A DNA stretch of 63,954 nucleotides, taken from a bacterium (lineage in GTDB: Bacteria > Bacillota_I > Bacilli_A > Izemoplasmatales > UBA1188). The notes under the pieces were generated by a model. It made no database searches. It was not told the DNA's origin and worked only from the letters and a program-made list of their open reading frames with translations. Position numbers and translations under genes: made by a program. The stretch is from NCBI GenBank assembly GCA_017960565.1, contig JAGCYY010000019.1, positions 1-63,954 on the forward strand, in the 5' to 3' direction. Of this stretch, positions 27,094 to 37,475 are shown in pieces; positions within the stretch are counted from its first letter, which is position 1, and every line of letters begins with the position of its first letter.

Positions 27094-28278
27094 CTAATCG
27101 TTAGCATCATATTTTTCCATAAAAGAAAGAATTCTTGTTGCTTGTAATGACCAACTATAATTCAATCGTACGAACTCATAATTGCTTATGCAGATTTGTT
27201 TCATTTCCTCTGGACCAATACTTAATAAATCATCAATAACTTCACCAAGACTTTTATCCTCATCAATCAAAAATAGATGATCAAGCATCTCATTAGAATA
27301 ACCATTTAGCTTAGTTGAAATGACAGGTGTACCACTAACTAGATATTCAAATGTTTTGGAAGGAAAAGTTAATTTAGAAATATTGTTGCCGGGATCTCTC
27401 GGATTAATTAGTGCCCAAGCTTCTCTTTGTTTTCGCATCATCTCAATGTTATCAATTCGTCCAAAATACCGTATATTATTAAAGCGCGATGCATAATCTT
27501 CCACTATACTTTTCAAAGGACCGTCACCATAAATATCTAAGTAAATATCGTTTCTTTCTAAAGATGCAAAAGAACTTAACAAAAAGTTAACTCCGTTATA
27601 ATCAGTTAATGCTCCAGAAAAAACAACATTATGTACTTTCTTTTCAAACTGGGAATAATCTAAGTTATCTAGATTGATGCCTCCTTCTACAACCAAGTAG
27701 GGCTTGTTTATTTTATAAAAAGTCACAACATACTTGTTCAATATAATATAGTTATCCGGGTAAAAAAGATTATTAATCGTTTCTTTTTCAAACAAATAAC
27801 GGAGATATTTTGAGACAAAGTTTCTATTTGGATTATCATCTATCGGTAAATCCGCAAGCAAACAGGTCACTTTAACATTAGGAAACCTCTTTTTTAACTT
27901 TTTAATTGGTGTACCAATTTGAGGAAATGTATTAAAACATAGCACCTTGTCAATTTTTTCCTTAGTAATAATATTCTTAATTGTTCTAAAGGTACTACGA
28001 ATCTGAGACAATTGTTTTAAAATCGGTAAATTTACAAATCCTATTTGGGTAGAAAAAATGTTTTTAAAAAGATTAATTCTTTTAAAGCCACATAAAACAT
28101 GTTTATCTTTTGGAAAAACGGCTATTGGAGGAACAGTAACACATCTCAAGTCCACTCCTTTAAGTGACAATTCTTCTAAAATACTTAATTGCATTTTATT
28201 TCCTGCAAGAGAAATGCCAGAATAAGATGCTATTGAATCGTATGGAACAGCGTATCCTAAAAATAATAGTTTACCCAT
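27094..28278 (-). CDS. GT4-family glycosyltransferase
   Basis: C-terminal PSKTFEYLVSGTPVIST motif. The start is set at MGKLLFLG (28278), directly after the upstream stop. Confidence 0.7.
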   Translation of the reverse strand: MGKLLFLGYAVPYDSIASYSGISLAGNKMQLSILEELSLKGVDLRCVTVPPIAVFPKDKHVLCGFKRINLFKNIFSTQIGFVNLPILKQLSQIRSTFRTIKNIITKEKIDKVLCFNTFPQIGTPIKKLKKRFPNVKVTCLLADLPIDDNPNRNFVSKYLRYLFEKETINNLFYPDNYIILNKYVVTFYKINKPYLVVEGGINLDNLDYSQFEKKVHNVVFSGALTDYNGVNFLLSSFASLERNDIYLDIYGDGPLKSIVEDYASRFNNIRYFGRIDNIEMMRKQREAWALINPRDPGNNISKLTFPSKTFEYLVSGTPVISTKLNGYSNEMLDHLFLIDEDKSLGEVIDDLLSIGPEEMKQICISNYEFVRLNYSWSLQATRILSFMEKYDAND

Positions 28279-28280
28279 AA

Positions 28281-29282
28281 TTAAAACCTGATTCCGACCA
28301 ACATTAGAACTGTTTCGCAAAACTTTAGTTTCTTTGTTTTGGAAACTAATATATCTAACACTTTTATAATGCAAAAGAATAACAATAAAACAAGAAATGG
28401 TCTAAGTAACACAAAATAATTCAGCCATTTTTTTGACAAAAGATTTGCAACGATACCAGCAAAAGGCATATGCCATAAATATATGAAAAAGCTGTGTTTC
28501 CCTAAATATTCAATAAACGAAAGAGAATAGTCAGCAAGAAGAACTGAGTCAAACACAATTAGAAATCCACCAAAAACTGCAGCACAAAAACCAAGTGGTC
28601 CAAAATAAGATCCAGGTATTTGCTTCAAACATGAAATGGCTATGAGCGACGCGCAAATCAAAAACGAACAAATGCTAGCAATTAATGCAAAATTTTTTGA
28701 TATTTTAATTTCTAATTGACGCACAATATTTCCCGTAGCAAAATAACAAAGCCAATTTAAAGGGTTTAAATAAGGAGAAATAATCCCATTAAGTGTAAGA
28801 CAATCACTAAAAAAGACAATATTGATTACCGAGCCAATGACTAATGCTAATTGAAAAAAAATATTTCTAAAAAACGGAATTGCAAAATATAAAAGATGAA
28901 AGATGAAAAGAACTGATAAATAATACAAATAAGAACCATTTCCGGCAATAAAATTAACGTAATCTGAAGCTGAAAACGACGACCGTCTTAAATAAACATA
29001 TAAAAATACCGCGGTTCCACTTATTATCCAAGGAAGAACCAAACTGAATAATCTCTTTTTGAAAAAGGGCAAAAACTTGTTTTCAGGATTGAATAAAAAA
29101 CCAGAAACACCAAAAAAGGCAACCACTCCCCATGTTCCGACAACAGACATAGCTATTGAAGCAATTGTAGAAAATGCCGAATAATCTGTATCTACTTTAT
29201 TGCAGTGAGCACATACAACTGAAAAAATGGCAAAAAATTTAATCAAAAAAATAGTTTTATTATTCTTTCCCATAGAAACCAT
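28281..29282 (-). CDS. Acyltransferase_3-family membrane O-acyltransferase
   Basis: About 10 TM segments. FAIFSVVCAHC is near the N-terminus, typical of OafA/WecH-like proteins. Confidence 0.7.
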   Translation of the reverse strand: MVSMGKNNKTIFLIKFFAIFSVVCAHCNKVDTDYSAFSTIASIAMSVVGTWGVVAFFGVSGFLFNPENKFLPFFKKRLFSLVLPWIISGTAVFLYVYLRRSSFSASDYVNFIAGNGSYLYYLSVLFIFHLLYFAIPFFRNIFFQLALVIGSVINIVFFSDCLTLNGIISPYLNPLNWLCYFATGNIVRQLEIKISKNFALIASICSFLICASLIAISCLKQIPGSYFGPLGFCAAVFGGFLIVFDSVLLADYSLSFIEYLGKHSFFIYLWHMPFAGIVANLLSKKWLNYFVLLRPFLVLLLFFCIIKVLDILVSKTKKLKFCETVLMLVGIRF

Positions 29283-30366
29283 TTAATACCTCTAAATGCT
29301 TTTCAGCCATTCTCTCAATTGTGTAGTTAGAAATAATTTTAAAAATTTCTTCTTTATCAATTCCACCACTTTTAGAAAAGATTTTTGTGATTGCATCAGA
29401 TAATGCGTTTGGGCAGTTGGTTTCAACTATTATTCCGTTCTTCCCATTAATTAATTCCAAGCCCGCTATACATTTATTTGTAGTAATTACAGGCAATCCG
29501 AACGACATAGCTTCGTTAACAACTAATCCCCAAATATCTTCTCTGGTTGGAAGAACAAACAACTCAGCCGCTCGAAAATAATCCACAAGCTCTTCCTTTG
29601 TTTTAAAGTCAACAAAATGGACATTTTTTAAATTTAAACTTTCTACGATTTTGAGATATTCACTTGTTGGTAGTCCACCAACTATGAATAATTCATAATC
29701 AGGTGGTACATCTTTGAATGATTTTAACAAGACGTCAAAGCCTTTCCTATAAATGAATTGCCCAATAGAAAGAATCGTTTTGTTTGCTTGAATTGCACCA
29801 ATCTTTTTTTTGGCGGTAATCTTTTCTTCTTCAGATACGTTAAAGTTCTTTTCAATGTCAGATTTGAATACTGATGAAAATGGATAAATAATTATCCTAT
29901 TTTCTGGGATCCCGAGTGAACACAAATATCTCTTATGTTCATCGCAAGTAGTAAAGTGTACTTTAGCTTTCTTCAGAAGAATCTTTTTTAACCATCGAAG
30001 ATAGAATTTATCTTTTTTATAGAAGGCACCATCATATTCCAAAAAATAATCAATATGATGTTGCTTACAATAAAAGATTGCAGACATAACAGCTGGGGAT
30101 GAATAGCCTGAAATTATAATTGCATCAAAACGATTATTTTTGATGAAAGTCACAATACCATTTCCTTTGCTTTTGTCTATTCCGACAGGAGTAAGCTTTG
30201 GAAACACTTCTTTGAAAGTGGAAGCGTTCTTGCCCTTCCATTTAATATTGCGTTCTGCTGAAGTTTTTCTTTCAAAGCAAACCGTTAAATCGCAATGTTT
30301 TCCCAATTCGTTAAAGAAATCGACCCGATACGGAGATGGGATATTAGTAATAAAAAGAACATTCAT
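29260..30366 (-). CDS. GT4-family glycosyltransferase
   Basis: MNVLFITNIPSPYRVDFFNEL start. C-terminal PTREDIWGLVVNEAMSFGLPVITT (E-x7-E). Contains an A8 run at 29804..29811. Confidence 0.8.
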   Translation of the reverse strand: MNVLFITNIPSPYRVDFFNELGKHCDLTVCFERKTSAERNIKWKGKNASTFKEVFPKLTPVGIDKSKGNGIVTFIKNNRFDAIIISGYSSPAVMSAIFYCKQHHIDYFLEYDGAFYKKDKFYLRWLKKILLKKAKVHFTTCDEHKRYLCSLGIPENRIIIYPFSSVFKSDIEKNFNVSEEEKITAKKKIGAIQANKTILSIGQFIYRKGFDVLLKSFKDVPPDYELFIVGGLPTSEYLKIVESLNLKNVHFVDFKTKEELVDYFRAAELFVLPTREDIWGLVVNEAMSFGLPVITTNKCIAGLELINGKNGIIVETNCPNALSDAITKIFSKSGGIDKEEIFKIISNYTIERMAEKHLEVLNGFYGKE

Positions 30367-30384
30367 ATAGGACTCCGAGTATAA

Positions 30385-31497
30385 TCAAAACAATTCAAGG
30401 ATAGTTCTCTCAACAGCGGAAACATTTTGATCAACTATTATGCCTCCGCCATATAAATTTAAAACTTCTTCGCATGCCGTATCCTTATACACCAACACCT
30501 TTGCTCCGCATTTTTTCGCTTCAACTACGGTTAATCCAAATGTTTCTTCATAGCTCAGATTCAAAAACAAATCCGACATCGAATAAAACTTTGCCAGTTC
30601 AATTTGGTCATTGGTTTTAGGAATACATAAAATCTTGTTGGAAATTTTGAATTTTTCTTTCGTTTTGTCGTCAATGCCAATCAGAACAATTTGAAATTTG
30701 TTTGGCAATACTTTAGATAACTGTATAAAGTCATAAAGACCTTTTTTTTGACTCCATGCTGTTGCAACACCCAACAAAACAATTTTCTCTTCAAGATCCA
30801 GTTTCGTTCTTAGATTGCTTGGGGTAAAATGAAAAAGGGTATCATCAACCGAGTTATAGCGTGTTTCGATAGGGTATATTCCTAAAAATGATTTTTGGGC
30901 CAAATCCTTAAGCCAATTAGATACAACAAATAATCTAAGTCTTTCTACCCCAAGAAAAGCACTCTTTTTCAATTCAAAATTTCTTTTAGATCTATCAAGT
31001 ACCCAACTTGCAGGATACTCGTTTTTGGCTGGGCACTTATGACATAGAGATTGCCATTTATAGCATTTTCTAAAAGAAAAATGAACACAATGCCCTGTGA
31101 AAGCCCAACAATCGTGCAAAGTCCAATTAACAGTCATTTGTGGTCTTGATTTGATCCATTCAAACAATAGTTTTACATTGAGATAATATCCATGAAGATT
31201 GTGCAGCCATAATTCATCGGGATTAATTGTGTCAGCCCATTTCAAAAGCTTTTTTGTTTGAGACTTTGAAGCAAATCCATCATTATCGAACAAACGGCAC
31301 AAAAAAGCATTAACTCTCACAGAAAACTCGCTACCTATTCTATATGAAATGTTCTCGAGTTGCTTAGAAGAATTCTCTCTTCCGTATGCAATAAATACTT
31401 TCCACCCTTTGTTTTTATAGTTTTTTGCTATATCGGCAACAATTTTACCAGTACTTTTTATTCCACATACACCATTTATGATAAGTAATTTTTTCAT
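30385..31497 (-). CDS. GT4-family glycosyltransferase
   Basis: C-terminal LSYEETFGLTVVEAKKCGAKVLV (E-x7-E). Contains an A8 run at 30742..30749. Confidence 0.75.
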   Translation of the reverse strand: MKKLLIINGVCGIKSTGKIVADIAKNYKNKGWKVFIAYGRENSSKQLENISYRIGSEFSVRVNAFLCRLFDNDGFASKSQTKKLLKWADTINPDELWLHNLHGYYLNVKLLFEWIKSRPQMTVNWTLHDCWAFTGHCVHFSFRKCYKWQSLCHKCPAKNEYPASWVLDRSKRNFELKKSAFLGVERLRLFVVSNWLKDLAQKSFLGIYPIETRYNSVDDTLFHFTPSNLRTKLDLEEKIVLLGVATAWSQKKGLYDFIQLSKVLPNKFQIVLIGIDDKTKEKFKISNKILCIPKTNDQIELAKFYSMSDLFLNLSYEETFGLTVVEAKKCGAKVLVYKDTACEEVLNLYGGGIIVDQNVSAVERTILELF

Positions 31498-32693
31498 AAT
31501 ATTTTACGATAATTAATTTTTGTTGAAAAATGGTTTTCTAAATATTGTTTTTCATCTTTAATCATTTTTTCAAACGTTTTTACATTTAATATTTCTTCAA
31601 TAATTTTATTGAAACAATCGACATCATTGCTCTTGCACCACCATCCAAAATTCCCATTAACTATAACTTCGCCAACATCTGTATTATCATCAGTACATGC
31701 CAAAACAGGTACCCCCACCTGCATATAAGAAAGCAATCTAGATGGGAAGTTTGGAATTGTAAATCTGTGATCAAGGAAGATTAGTCCAACATCACAAGCA
31801 CAAAGCAATTTGTCAAATTCTCCAGAAGGTAATCTTCTTAGCAATTTAAAATTTGTTTGTCTAGATTCGTTATAATATTTTTCCAGTTTCCCGTATTCTG
31901 TGCCATCGCCGATAATTAAAAAGAACGCCTTTTCATTATCTTTCTCGGTCCTTAAACACTCGATAATAAACGGAATGCCCTGTGGCTTTCCTAAGTTGCC
32001 TCCATAGACAAAAATCTTCTTATCTAAAGGCAATCCATACTTGTTTCTAAGTTCTACTTTTTCTTCTCCTGTTAGTGAGATATCCTGAGGCTCTATGCAA
32101 TTAGGGAAAACTTCAACCTTTTCTTTTGACACTTCCGGATTATGCTTTAGAACATATTCCACGTTTGCTGGACTCATACATCCTATTCTGTCGGAAATAG
32201 CGCATAGTTTCTTTTCTTGTTTTCTAAAACATTTATATATTAATCCTTTAACGCCTGTTGTCTTCATCATCCCGAGATCCACCGCGTTTTGAGGGAAAAT
32301 ATCTTTTAACATCAAATAGGTCTTTGCATTATCTCTTTTCTTGAAATACTCCACCACTCCACACAAAGTAATTGGAGGAGTTGGGTAGAGAATCATGTCG
32401 AATTGGACGCCCTTATAATATTTTTTAATAGCGCCTATGAATTGCTTTTTAATAGAAAGCATTCCAATACCCTTTTCAACAATATTTGTCTTTTGAATGT
32501 TAAAAGTTTTGACTGTAAGGATTGAGCTCGTTCCAAACCTTTTTATGTTTGTTTTTTCTTTAAGCCTTCTTTCTGAAGGGCAAACAGCAAAAACGTTGTG
32601 TCCATCTCTTATAAGCGCTCTAAGTAAATCGGTATATATATTGTGTTCTTCAAAGGAAGAAAACTTTAGTAAATTTAAGAATAATATATTCAT
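31494..32693 (-). CDS. GT4-family glycosyltransferase (WbuB-like size and layout)
   Basis: 399 aa. MNILFLNLLKFSSFEEHNIYTDLLRAL start. The C-terminal PNFPSRLLSYMQVGVPVLA region fits this family. Confidence 0.7.
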   Translation of the reverse strand: MNILFLNLLKFSSFEEHNIYTDLLRALIRDGHNVFAVCPSERRLKEKTNIKRFGTSSILTVKTFNIQKTNIVEKGIGMLSIKKQFIGAIKKYYKGVQFDMILYPTPPITLCGVVEYFKKRDNAKTYLMLKDIFPQNAVDLGMMKTTGVKGLIYKCFRKQEKKLCAISDRIGCMSPANVEYVLKHNPEVSKEKVEVFPNCIEPQDISLTGEEKVELRNKYGLPLDKKIFVYGGNLGKPQGIPFIIECLRTEKDNEKAFFLIIGDGTEYGKLEKYYNESRQTNFKLLRRLPSGEFDKLLCACDVGLIFLDHRFTIPNFPSRLLSYMQVGVPVLACTDDNTDVGEVIVNGNFGWWCKSNDVDCFNKIIEEILNVKTFEKMIKDEKQYLENHFSTKINYRKIL

Positions 32694-33274
32694 CGCATTA
32701 TCCTACATGGGATTCCAACATACACTCCACTGGCTTCAATGTTTTTAATAACAACCGCACCAGCGCCTATAACAACATTATCACAAATTGAACAATTATT
32801 TTTGATTGTAGATCCAATCCCAATCCAACAATGGTTTCCAATTGAAACAGTTCCACCAAGATTCGCTCCCACAGATATGTGAGAATAATCGCCAATCACA
32901 TTATCGTGTTCAACAATTGCTCCAGTATTGACTATACAATGTTTGCCTATAATAGTTCTTGCATTAATAACGGCATTTGGCATTACTGCAGTGCCTTCAC
33001 CAATTACAGCAAAAGGAGAAACGATGGCAGAAGGATGAATAGCGGTATGCCACTTTAAATTCAACATGGATAGCCCTTCTCTTATATCAGCATCGCCAAT
33101 GCCAATTGCAAATTCAGCATCAGAATATTTTTTATAATCAGATATAGGACCAGAACAATCTGGTTGTTCAATATTATCATCGAGAAAAGCAACAACTTGA
33201 TTTCCTTGGGCTTTCACAATATCTGCGATGACGTGAGCATGACCGCCAGCGCCTAATATAACAATTTTCTTCAT
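32690..33274 (-). CDS. PglD/NeuD-family sugar N-acetyltransferase (Rossmann-like N-terminus + hexapeptide beta-helix)
   Basis: MKKIVILGAGGHAHVIADIV, followed by hexapeptide repeats VIGEGTAVMPNAVINARTIIGKHCIVNTGAIVEHD.. Confidence 0.8.
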   Translation of the reverse strand: MKKIVILGAGGHAHVIADIVKAQGNQVVAFLDDNIEQPDCSGPISDYKKYSDAEFAIGIGDADIREGLSMLNLKWHTAIHPSAIVSPFAVIGEGTAVMPNAVINARTIIGKHCIVNTGAIVEHDNVIGDYSHISVGANLGGTVSIGNHCWIGIGSTIKNNCSICDNVVIGAGAVVIKNIEASGVYVGIPCRIMR

Positions 33275-33967
33275 CTATTCACCATTCCCCATGAATTCTT
33301 CCATTGTTGCACTAGACTCGCTGCTAATGCCTTCTCTTTTAAAAACCGAAAAAACAGTTTCAAAAATAATTTTTATATCGCCAAAAAGAGAAATATGTCT
33401 TGTGTACCATACATCCATTTTAAATTTTTCTTTCCAAGTCAGAGCATTTCGCCCATGGCACTGAGCGTAACCAGTTAAACCCGGCCTAACATCATGACGA
33501 TGCCTCTGCTCTTCGTTATAACGCTCTAAATATTGAACCAACAAAGGTCTTGGCCCAATAATAGACATATTGCCAATAAGAATATTTAATAATTCAGGCA
33601 ACTCGTCCAGACTTGTTGATCTTAAGAACTTTCCATACCTGTTGAGTCTTTGTTCATCTGGAAGCAGGTTTCCTGAGTCATCTTTCTTGTTAGACATTGT
33701 TCTGAACTTTATCAACTTAAATATTCGTTCATTTCCATTTCTATCCTTCTTTCCAGGTCTTTTCTGTGTAAAGAATGGATTGCCGCCCATCGCTATCGCG
33801 CCAACAACCATCAGTATCAAGAGGATTGGCGATAGAACTATCAATGACAAACCAGATAAAACGATATCCCAGAATCTTTTGAAGAACTGCTTGTAGAAGA
33901 CGATTGAAAAAACGAATAGCAACAATAAACTACCAAGTACTATTAATAGAATTTGCCACCATTCCAT
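33275..33967 (-). CDS. Small monotopic phosphoglycosyl transferase (PglC/WbaP-C-type Bacterial sugar transferase)
   Basis: Single N-terminal TM segments, then ..FKLIKFRTM.., LDELPELLNILIGNMSIIGPRPLL and PGLTGYAQ motifs. Confidence 0.85.
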   Translation of the reverse strand: MEWWQILLIVLGSLLLLFVFSIVFYKQFFKRFWDIVLSGLSLIVLSPILLILMVVGAIAMGGNPFFTQKRPGKKDRNGNERIFKLIKFRTMSNKKDDSGNLLPDEQRLNRYGKFLRSTSLDELPELLNILIGNMSIIGPRPLLVQYLERYNEEQRHRHDVRPGLTGYAQCHGRNALTWKEKFKMDVWYTRHISLFGDIKIIFETVFSVFKREGISSESSATMEEFMGNGE

Positions 33968-35244
33968 TATTCAAAACACCTCTTGATTACTTCGATGATT
34001 ATATCTTGTTCTTCTTTGGTCATCTTGTTATCCGATGGAAGACATAGGCCTCTATCAAAGATATCAGCTCCAATATCTTCTACTCCGCCAGAGATATATG
34101 CATTAGTTCTACATCTAATTGTTCCATTTCTTCCGATGCAATCATGCATTCTATACATTGGTTGCATATGCATTGGCTTCCAGATTGGTCTTCCTTCGGC
34201 ATTTATTGATGATATTGCTTCTAGGATTTCTGTTGGACAAGTTTTCCCTTTTTCTTTAATATAAAGTGCTTTTGAATCATCTCTAACTTGTTTGCACATA
34301 GAATCTTTATTGATATTTAAACAAGATAACCAATAATTTGGTGCTGTTCCATCAGTTATAGGATTTAATGTAACTGGTAAATCCTTTAGTTCTATTTTAT
34401 ATCTTTCATATATTTCTTTCTTTGATTCAATGTGCTCATTAAGATGTGGATATTGTCCTCTAATAACTCCAGCAACAACATTGCTCATGCGGTAGTTATA
34501 GCCAACTTCTTCATGTTGATACCATGGAGCATTTTCTCTTGCTTGAGTTGACCACTTACGTGCTTTAGTAGCATCTTCAATACTGTTTGTGAGTAGGCAG
34601 CCACCAGATGAACCAGTGATGATTTTATTCCCGTTATAACTGATTGCGGCATAGTCACCAAATGACCCACACTGCTTTCCATTTAGTGTTGCACCCATTG
34701 CTTCTGCTGCATCTTCTATTAAGAGAGCGTTATGTTTTTCACAGATTTCTTTAATTAAATCAACTCTGCCAGGAAAACCATAAAGTTCAGCATATACAAC
34801 CAGTTTTACATCTGGATATATTTCAAATGCTTTTTCAAGTGCAATAGGATCCATATTCCAAGATTCTTCTTCAGTATCAATAAATATTGGAATACCACCT
34901 TCATAAACAATTGGATTAACTGTTGCATCAAATGTCATATCGCTAGAAAAAACTCTTTTACCTTCAAGTGCTCCATGACCAACACTTGGTTTGCCATATA
35001 GTTTCTCTCCAGCAAGTTTACAACACAAATGAAGTGCTGATGTACAGTTGCACAGTGCAACTGCATATTTGACTCCAGCTTTCTCTGCAGCAATTCTTTC
35101 AACTTCATTTATGTTCTCACCAACTGTACTCATCCAGTTGGTTTTATATGCTTCTTCTATATATTTAAATTCTTCACCATGCATGGTTGGAGATGCTAAG
35201 TATATTTTCTTATTAAATGGTTTAACTTTATTTTTGGTGTACAT
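33967..35244 (-). CDS. DegT/DnrJ/EryC1/StrS-family PLP sugar aminotransferase (PglE-like)
   Basis: LASPTMHGEE.., ALCNCTSALHL and ISYNGNKIITGSSGGCLL (Lys-PLP region) motifs. Confidence 0.8.
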   Translation of the reverse strand: MYTKNKVKPFNKKIYLASPTMHGEEFKYIEEAYKTNWMSTVGENINEVERIAAEKAGVKYAVALCNCTSALHLCCKLAGEKLYGKPSVGHGALEGKRVFSSDMTFDATVNPIVYEGGIPIFIDTEEESWNMDPIALEKAFEIYPDVKLVVYAELYGFPGRVDLIKEICEKHNALLIEDAAEAMGATLNGKQCGSFGDYAAISYNGNKIITGSSGGCLLTNSIEDATKARKWSTQARENAPWYQHEEVGYNYRMSNVVAGVIRGQYPHLNEHIESKKEIYERYKIELKDLPVTLNPITDGTAPNYWLSCLNINKDSMCKQVRDDSKALYIKEKGKTCPTEILEAISSINAEGRPIWKPMHMQPMYRMHDCIGRNGTIRCRTNAYISGGVEDIGADIFDRGLCLPSDNKMTKEEQDIIIEVIKRCFE

Positions 35245-35265
35245 AAGTGTACCTCACTTTTAAAT

Positions 35266-36423
35266 CTAATAATTATTCTTTAGGTAATGCTCTAATCTAA
35301 CTATTGCTTCTTTTAGTTCACTTAAACTATAAGCATAAGAGATTCTTATAAATCCTTCACCTGAATCACCAAATGCTGTTCCAGGGACTACTACTAAGTG
35401 TTCTTCGTTTAGAAGAGATGTTGCAAAGTCTTCGCTGGATTTATTATATTTAGAAATATTAGGGAAGATATAGAATGCTCCTCTTGGAGTAAAAGAAGAA
35501 ATACCTAATCTTGATAGTTCACTTAGAAGATAATTTCTTCTTTGACTATATTCTTCTTTCATATGGATAATATCATTATCTCCATTTTTTAGTGCTTCTA
35601 TTCCAGCATGTTGTGAGATGGTTGAAGCACACATGATGGAGAACTGATGAATCTTTTTTATTTCTTCTATTAAAGGTTGTGGGCCCATAAGATAGCCTAG
35701 TCTCCATCCTGTCATTGAATAAGCTTTAGAAAAGCCGTTTATGGTGATGGTTCTATCTTTCATATGTGGTAGACTTCCAATAGAAGTATGTGGTATATCA
35801 TATGTGAGTTCTGAATAGATCTCATCTGAGATAACTAATAGATCATGATCAATTATGACTTTAGAGATAGATATTAAATCTTCTTTAGTCATAATTGCGC
35901 CTGTTGGATTATTAGGATAGTTCATTAGAACTATCTTAGTGTTCTTTGTGATATGAGATTCTAGTTCTTCTTTTGTGAGTTTAAATTCATTTTCTTGTTT
36001 TAAGCTTATGATAACTGGAATACCACCCGCAAGGCTAACAAGTGGAGCATATGAAACATATGCTGGTTCTAATATAATAACTTCATCATTAGGATTAATT
36101 AGAGCTCTTAAAGCGATATCTATCGCTTCAGATGCTCCTGTTGTGACGACGATTTCATCTTTAGAATAAGAGAGATTGTATTTTCTCTTATTCCACTTAG
36201 ATATCTCTTCTCTAAGTTCTAATAAACCTTGGTTTGATGAATAGAAAGTTTTACCACTTTCTATAGCATAAATACCTTCTTCAGCAATATGCCAAGGCGT
36301 ATCGAAATCTGGTTCACCAACACCTAAAGATATACAATCAGGAATAGATCTTGCGATATCAAAGAATTTTCTTATACCTGATGGTTTGATTGTTTTAAGT
36401 TTATCGGATATAAAGTCTCTCAT
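35266..36423 (-). CDS. Class I/II PLP aminotransferase (AspC/AlaT-like)
   Basis: NYPNNPTGA and FSKAYSMTGWRLGY (PLP lysine) motifs. The start overlaps the AsnC-type gene stop (ATGA). Confidence 0.85.
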   Translation of the reverse strand: MRDFISDKLKTIKPSGIRKFFDIARSIPDCISLGVGEPDFDTPWHIAEEGIYAIESGKTFYSSNQGLLELREEISKWNKRKYNLSYSKDEIVVTTGASEAIDIALRALINPNDEVIILEPAYVSYAPLVSLAGGIPVIISLKQENEFKLTKEELESHITKNTKIVLMNYPNNPTGAIMTKEDLISISKVIIDHDLLVISDEIYSELTYDIPHTSIGSLPHMKDRTITINGFSKAYSMTGWRLGYLMGPQPLIEEIKKIHQFSIMCASTISQHAGIEALKNGDNDIIHMKEEYSQRRNYLLSELSRLGISSFTPRGAFYIFPNISKYNKSSEDFATSLLNEEHLVVVPGTAFGDSGEGFIRISYAYSLSELKEAIVRLEHYLKNNY

Positions 36424-36902
36424 AAAATAATTTTTTCTCTTGGTTCTTTAGAAATAGATTCTAGTGTAACACCGTGATCTTTATATTTCTTTAAAACGAA
36501 ATGAGTGGCAGTAGATTGAACAGAATCTAGGGTTGCAAGCTTATCAAAAACAAACTGTGAAACAGATTTCATGCTTCTACCTTTGATTTGAACTAAAAAA
36601 TCATAACCACCAGAAATTAAATAAACAGAATCAACTTCAGGAAATTTAGAAATTCTATTTGCGATATTATCAAAACCTCTACCTCTTTCTGGAATAACTC
36701 TAACTTCAATTAAAGCTTGGCAAAGTTCTTCTGATACTTTGTCCCAGTTGATGATGGTATTATATCCACAGATGATACCATCTGCCTCCATTTCAGCAAT
36801 AGCGCTTTTGATAGATGATTCATCTGTAGAGAGTAATTTAGAAATATCGCTGATTTCAAGTTTAGCATTGTTTTCGATGAGTTTTAAAATCTTTTCTTTC
36901 AT
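36420..36902 (-). CDS. Lrp/AsnC-family transcriptional regulator
   Basis: 160 aa with an N-terminal HTH (KILKLIENNAKLEISDISKLL) and a C-terminal RAM-like domain. Confidence 0.8.
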   Translation of the reverse strand: MKEKILKLIENNAKLEISDISKLLSTDESSIKSAIAEMEADGIICGYNTIINWDKVSEELCQALIEVRVIPERGRGFDNIANRISKFPEVDSVYLISGGYDFLVQIKGRSMKSVSQFVFDKLATLDSVQSTATHFVLKKYKDHGVTLESISKEPREKIIL

Positions 36903-36917
36903 AAGAGATGTTCTCCT

Positions 36918-37475
36918 TTAGTTAGTGGTATCGATTTTTTCGGCGATAAAATCGATACCTAAATCTGTATCAACTAATCTTCCCATAAACTCTAGCCGTA
37001 CTGTAACTCTACGTTTATGAAGATTGATATCTACGATCTTACCTTCTTGTCCCTTTAATGGTCCATCTACAACAACTATATCTCTTCCTTCTTTTAGATA
37101 GATATGAGATATCTCAATTGTTTTAGATGGATTATCTTTGCCAAGAAGAACATTTAACATTTCTTCTTCAGCTAATGTTAGTGGTGCAATAAAATTTTTA
37201 TGATCTTTATCTATTCCAAGAACCTTGGTTAAGGTTTTAACTTGGTATAGACTCTTTTTTAAATCGATGATGGTTATTTCATCAGTCTTTATAAAAATAT
37301 AACCGGGAAATAAAATATCTATTCTTTCTTTTTTTATGCCTTCTTTTTTGATAATCCTTTTTCTTTTCGGAACAAAAATATCGATTTCATCGACTAGCTT
37401 AACTAAATCTCTTTTGATCCTTTTTGCGGTTTCTTCTTCTTTAGATGAAAAAACTTGAATTACATAATATGGCAT
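36918..37475 (-). CDS. loaP: NusG paralog (LoaP-like specialised antiterminator)
   Basis: MPYYVIQVFSSKEEETAKRI..PGYIFIKTD (NGN domain) and VVVDGPLKGQEGKIVDINLHKRRVTV (KOW). It is embedded in a polysaccharide operon. Confidence 0.7.
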   Translation of the reverse strand: MPYYVIQVFSSKEEETAKRIKRDLVKLVDEIDIFVPKRKRIIKKEGIKKERIDILFPGYIFIKTDEITIIDLKKSLYQVKTLTKVLGIDKDHKNFIAPLTLAEEEMLNVLLGKDNPSKTIEISHIYLKEGRDIVVVDGPLKGQEGKIVDINLHKRRVTVRLEFMGRLVDTDLGIDFIAEKIDTTN

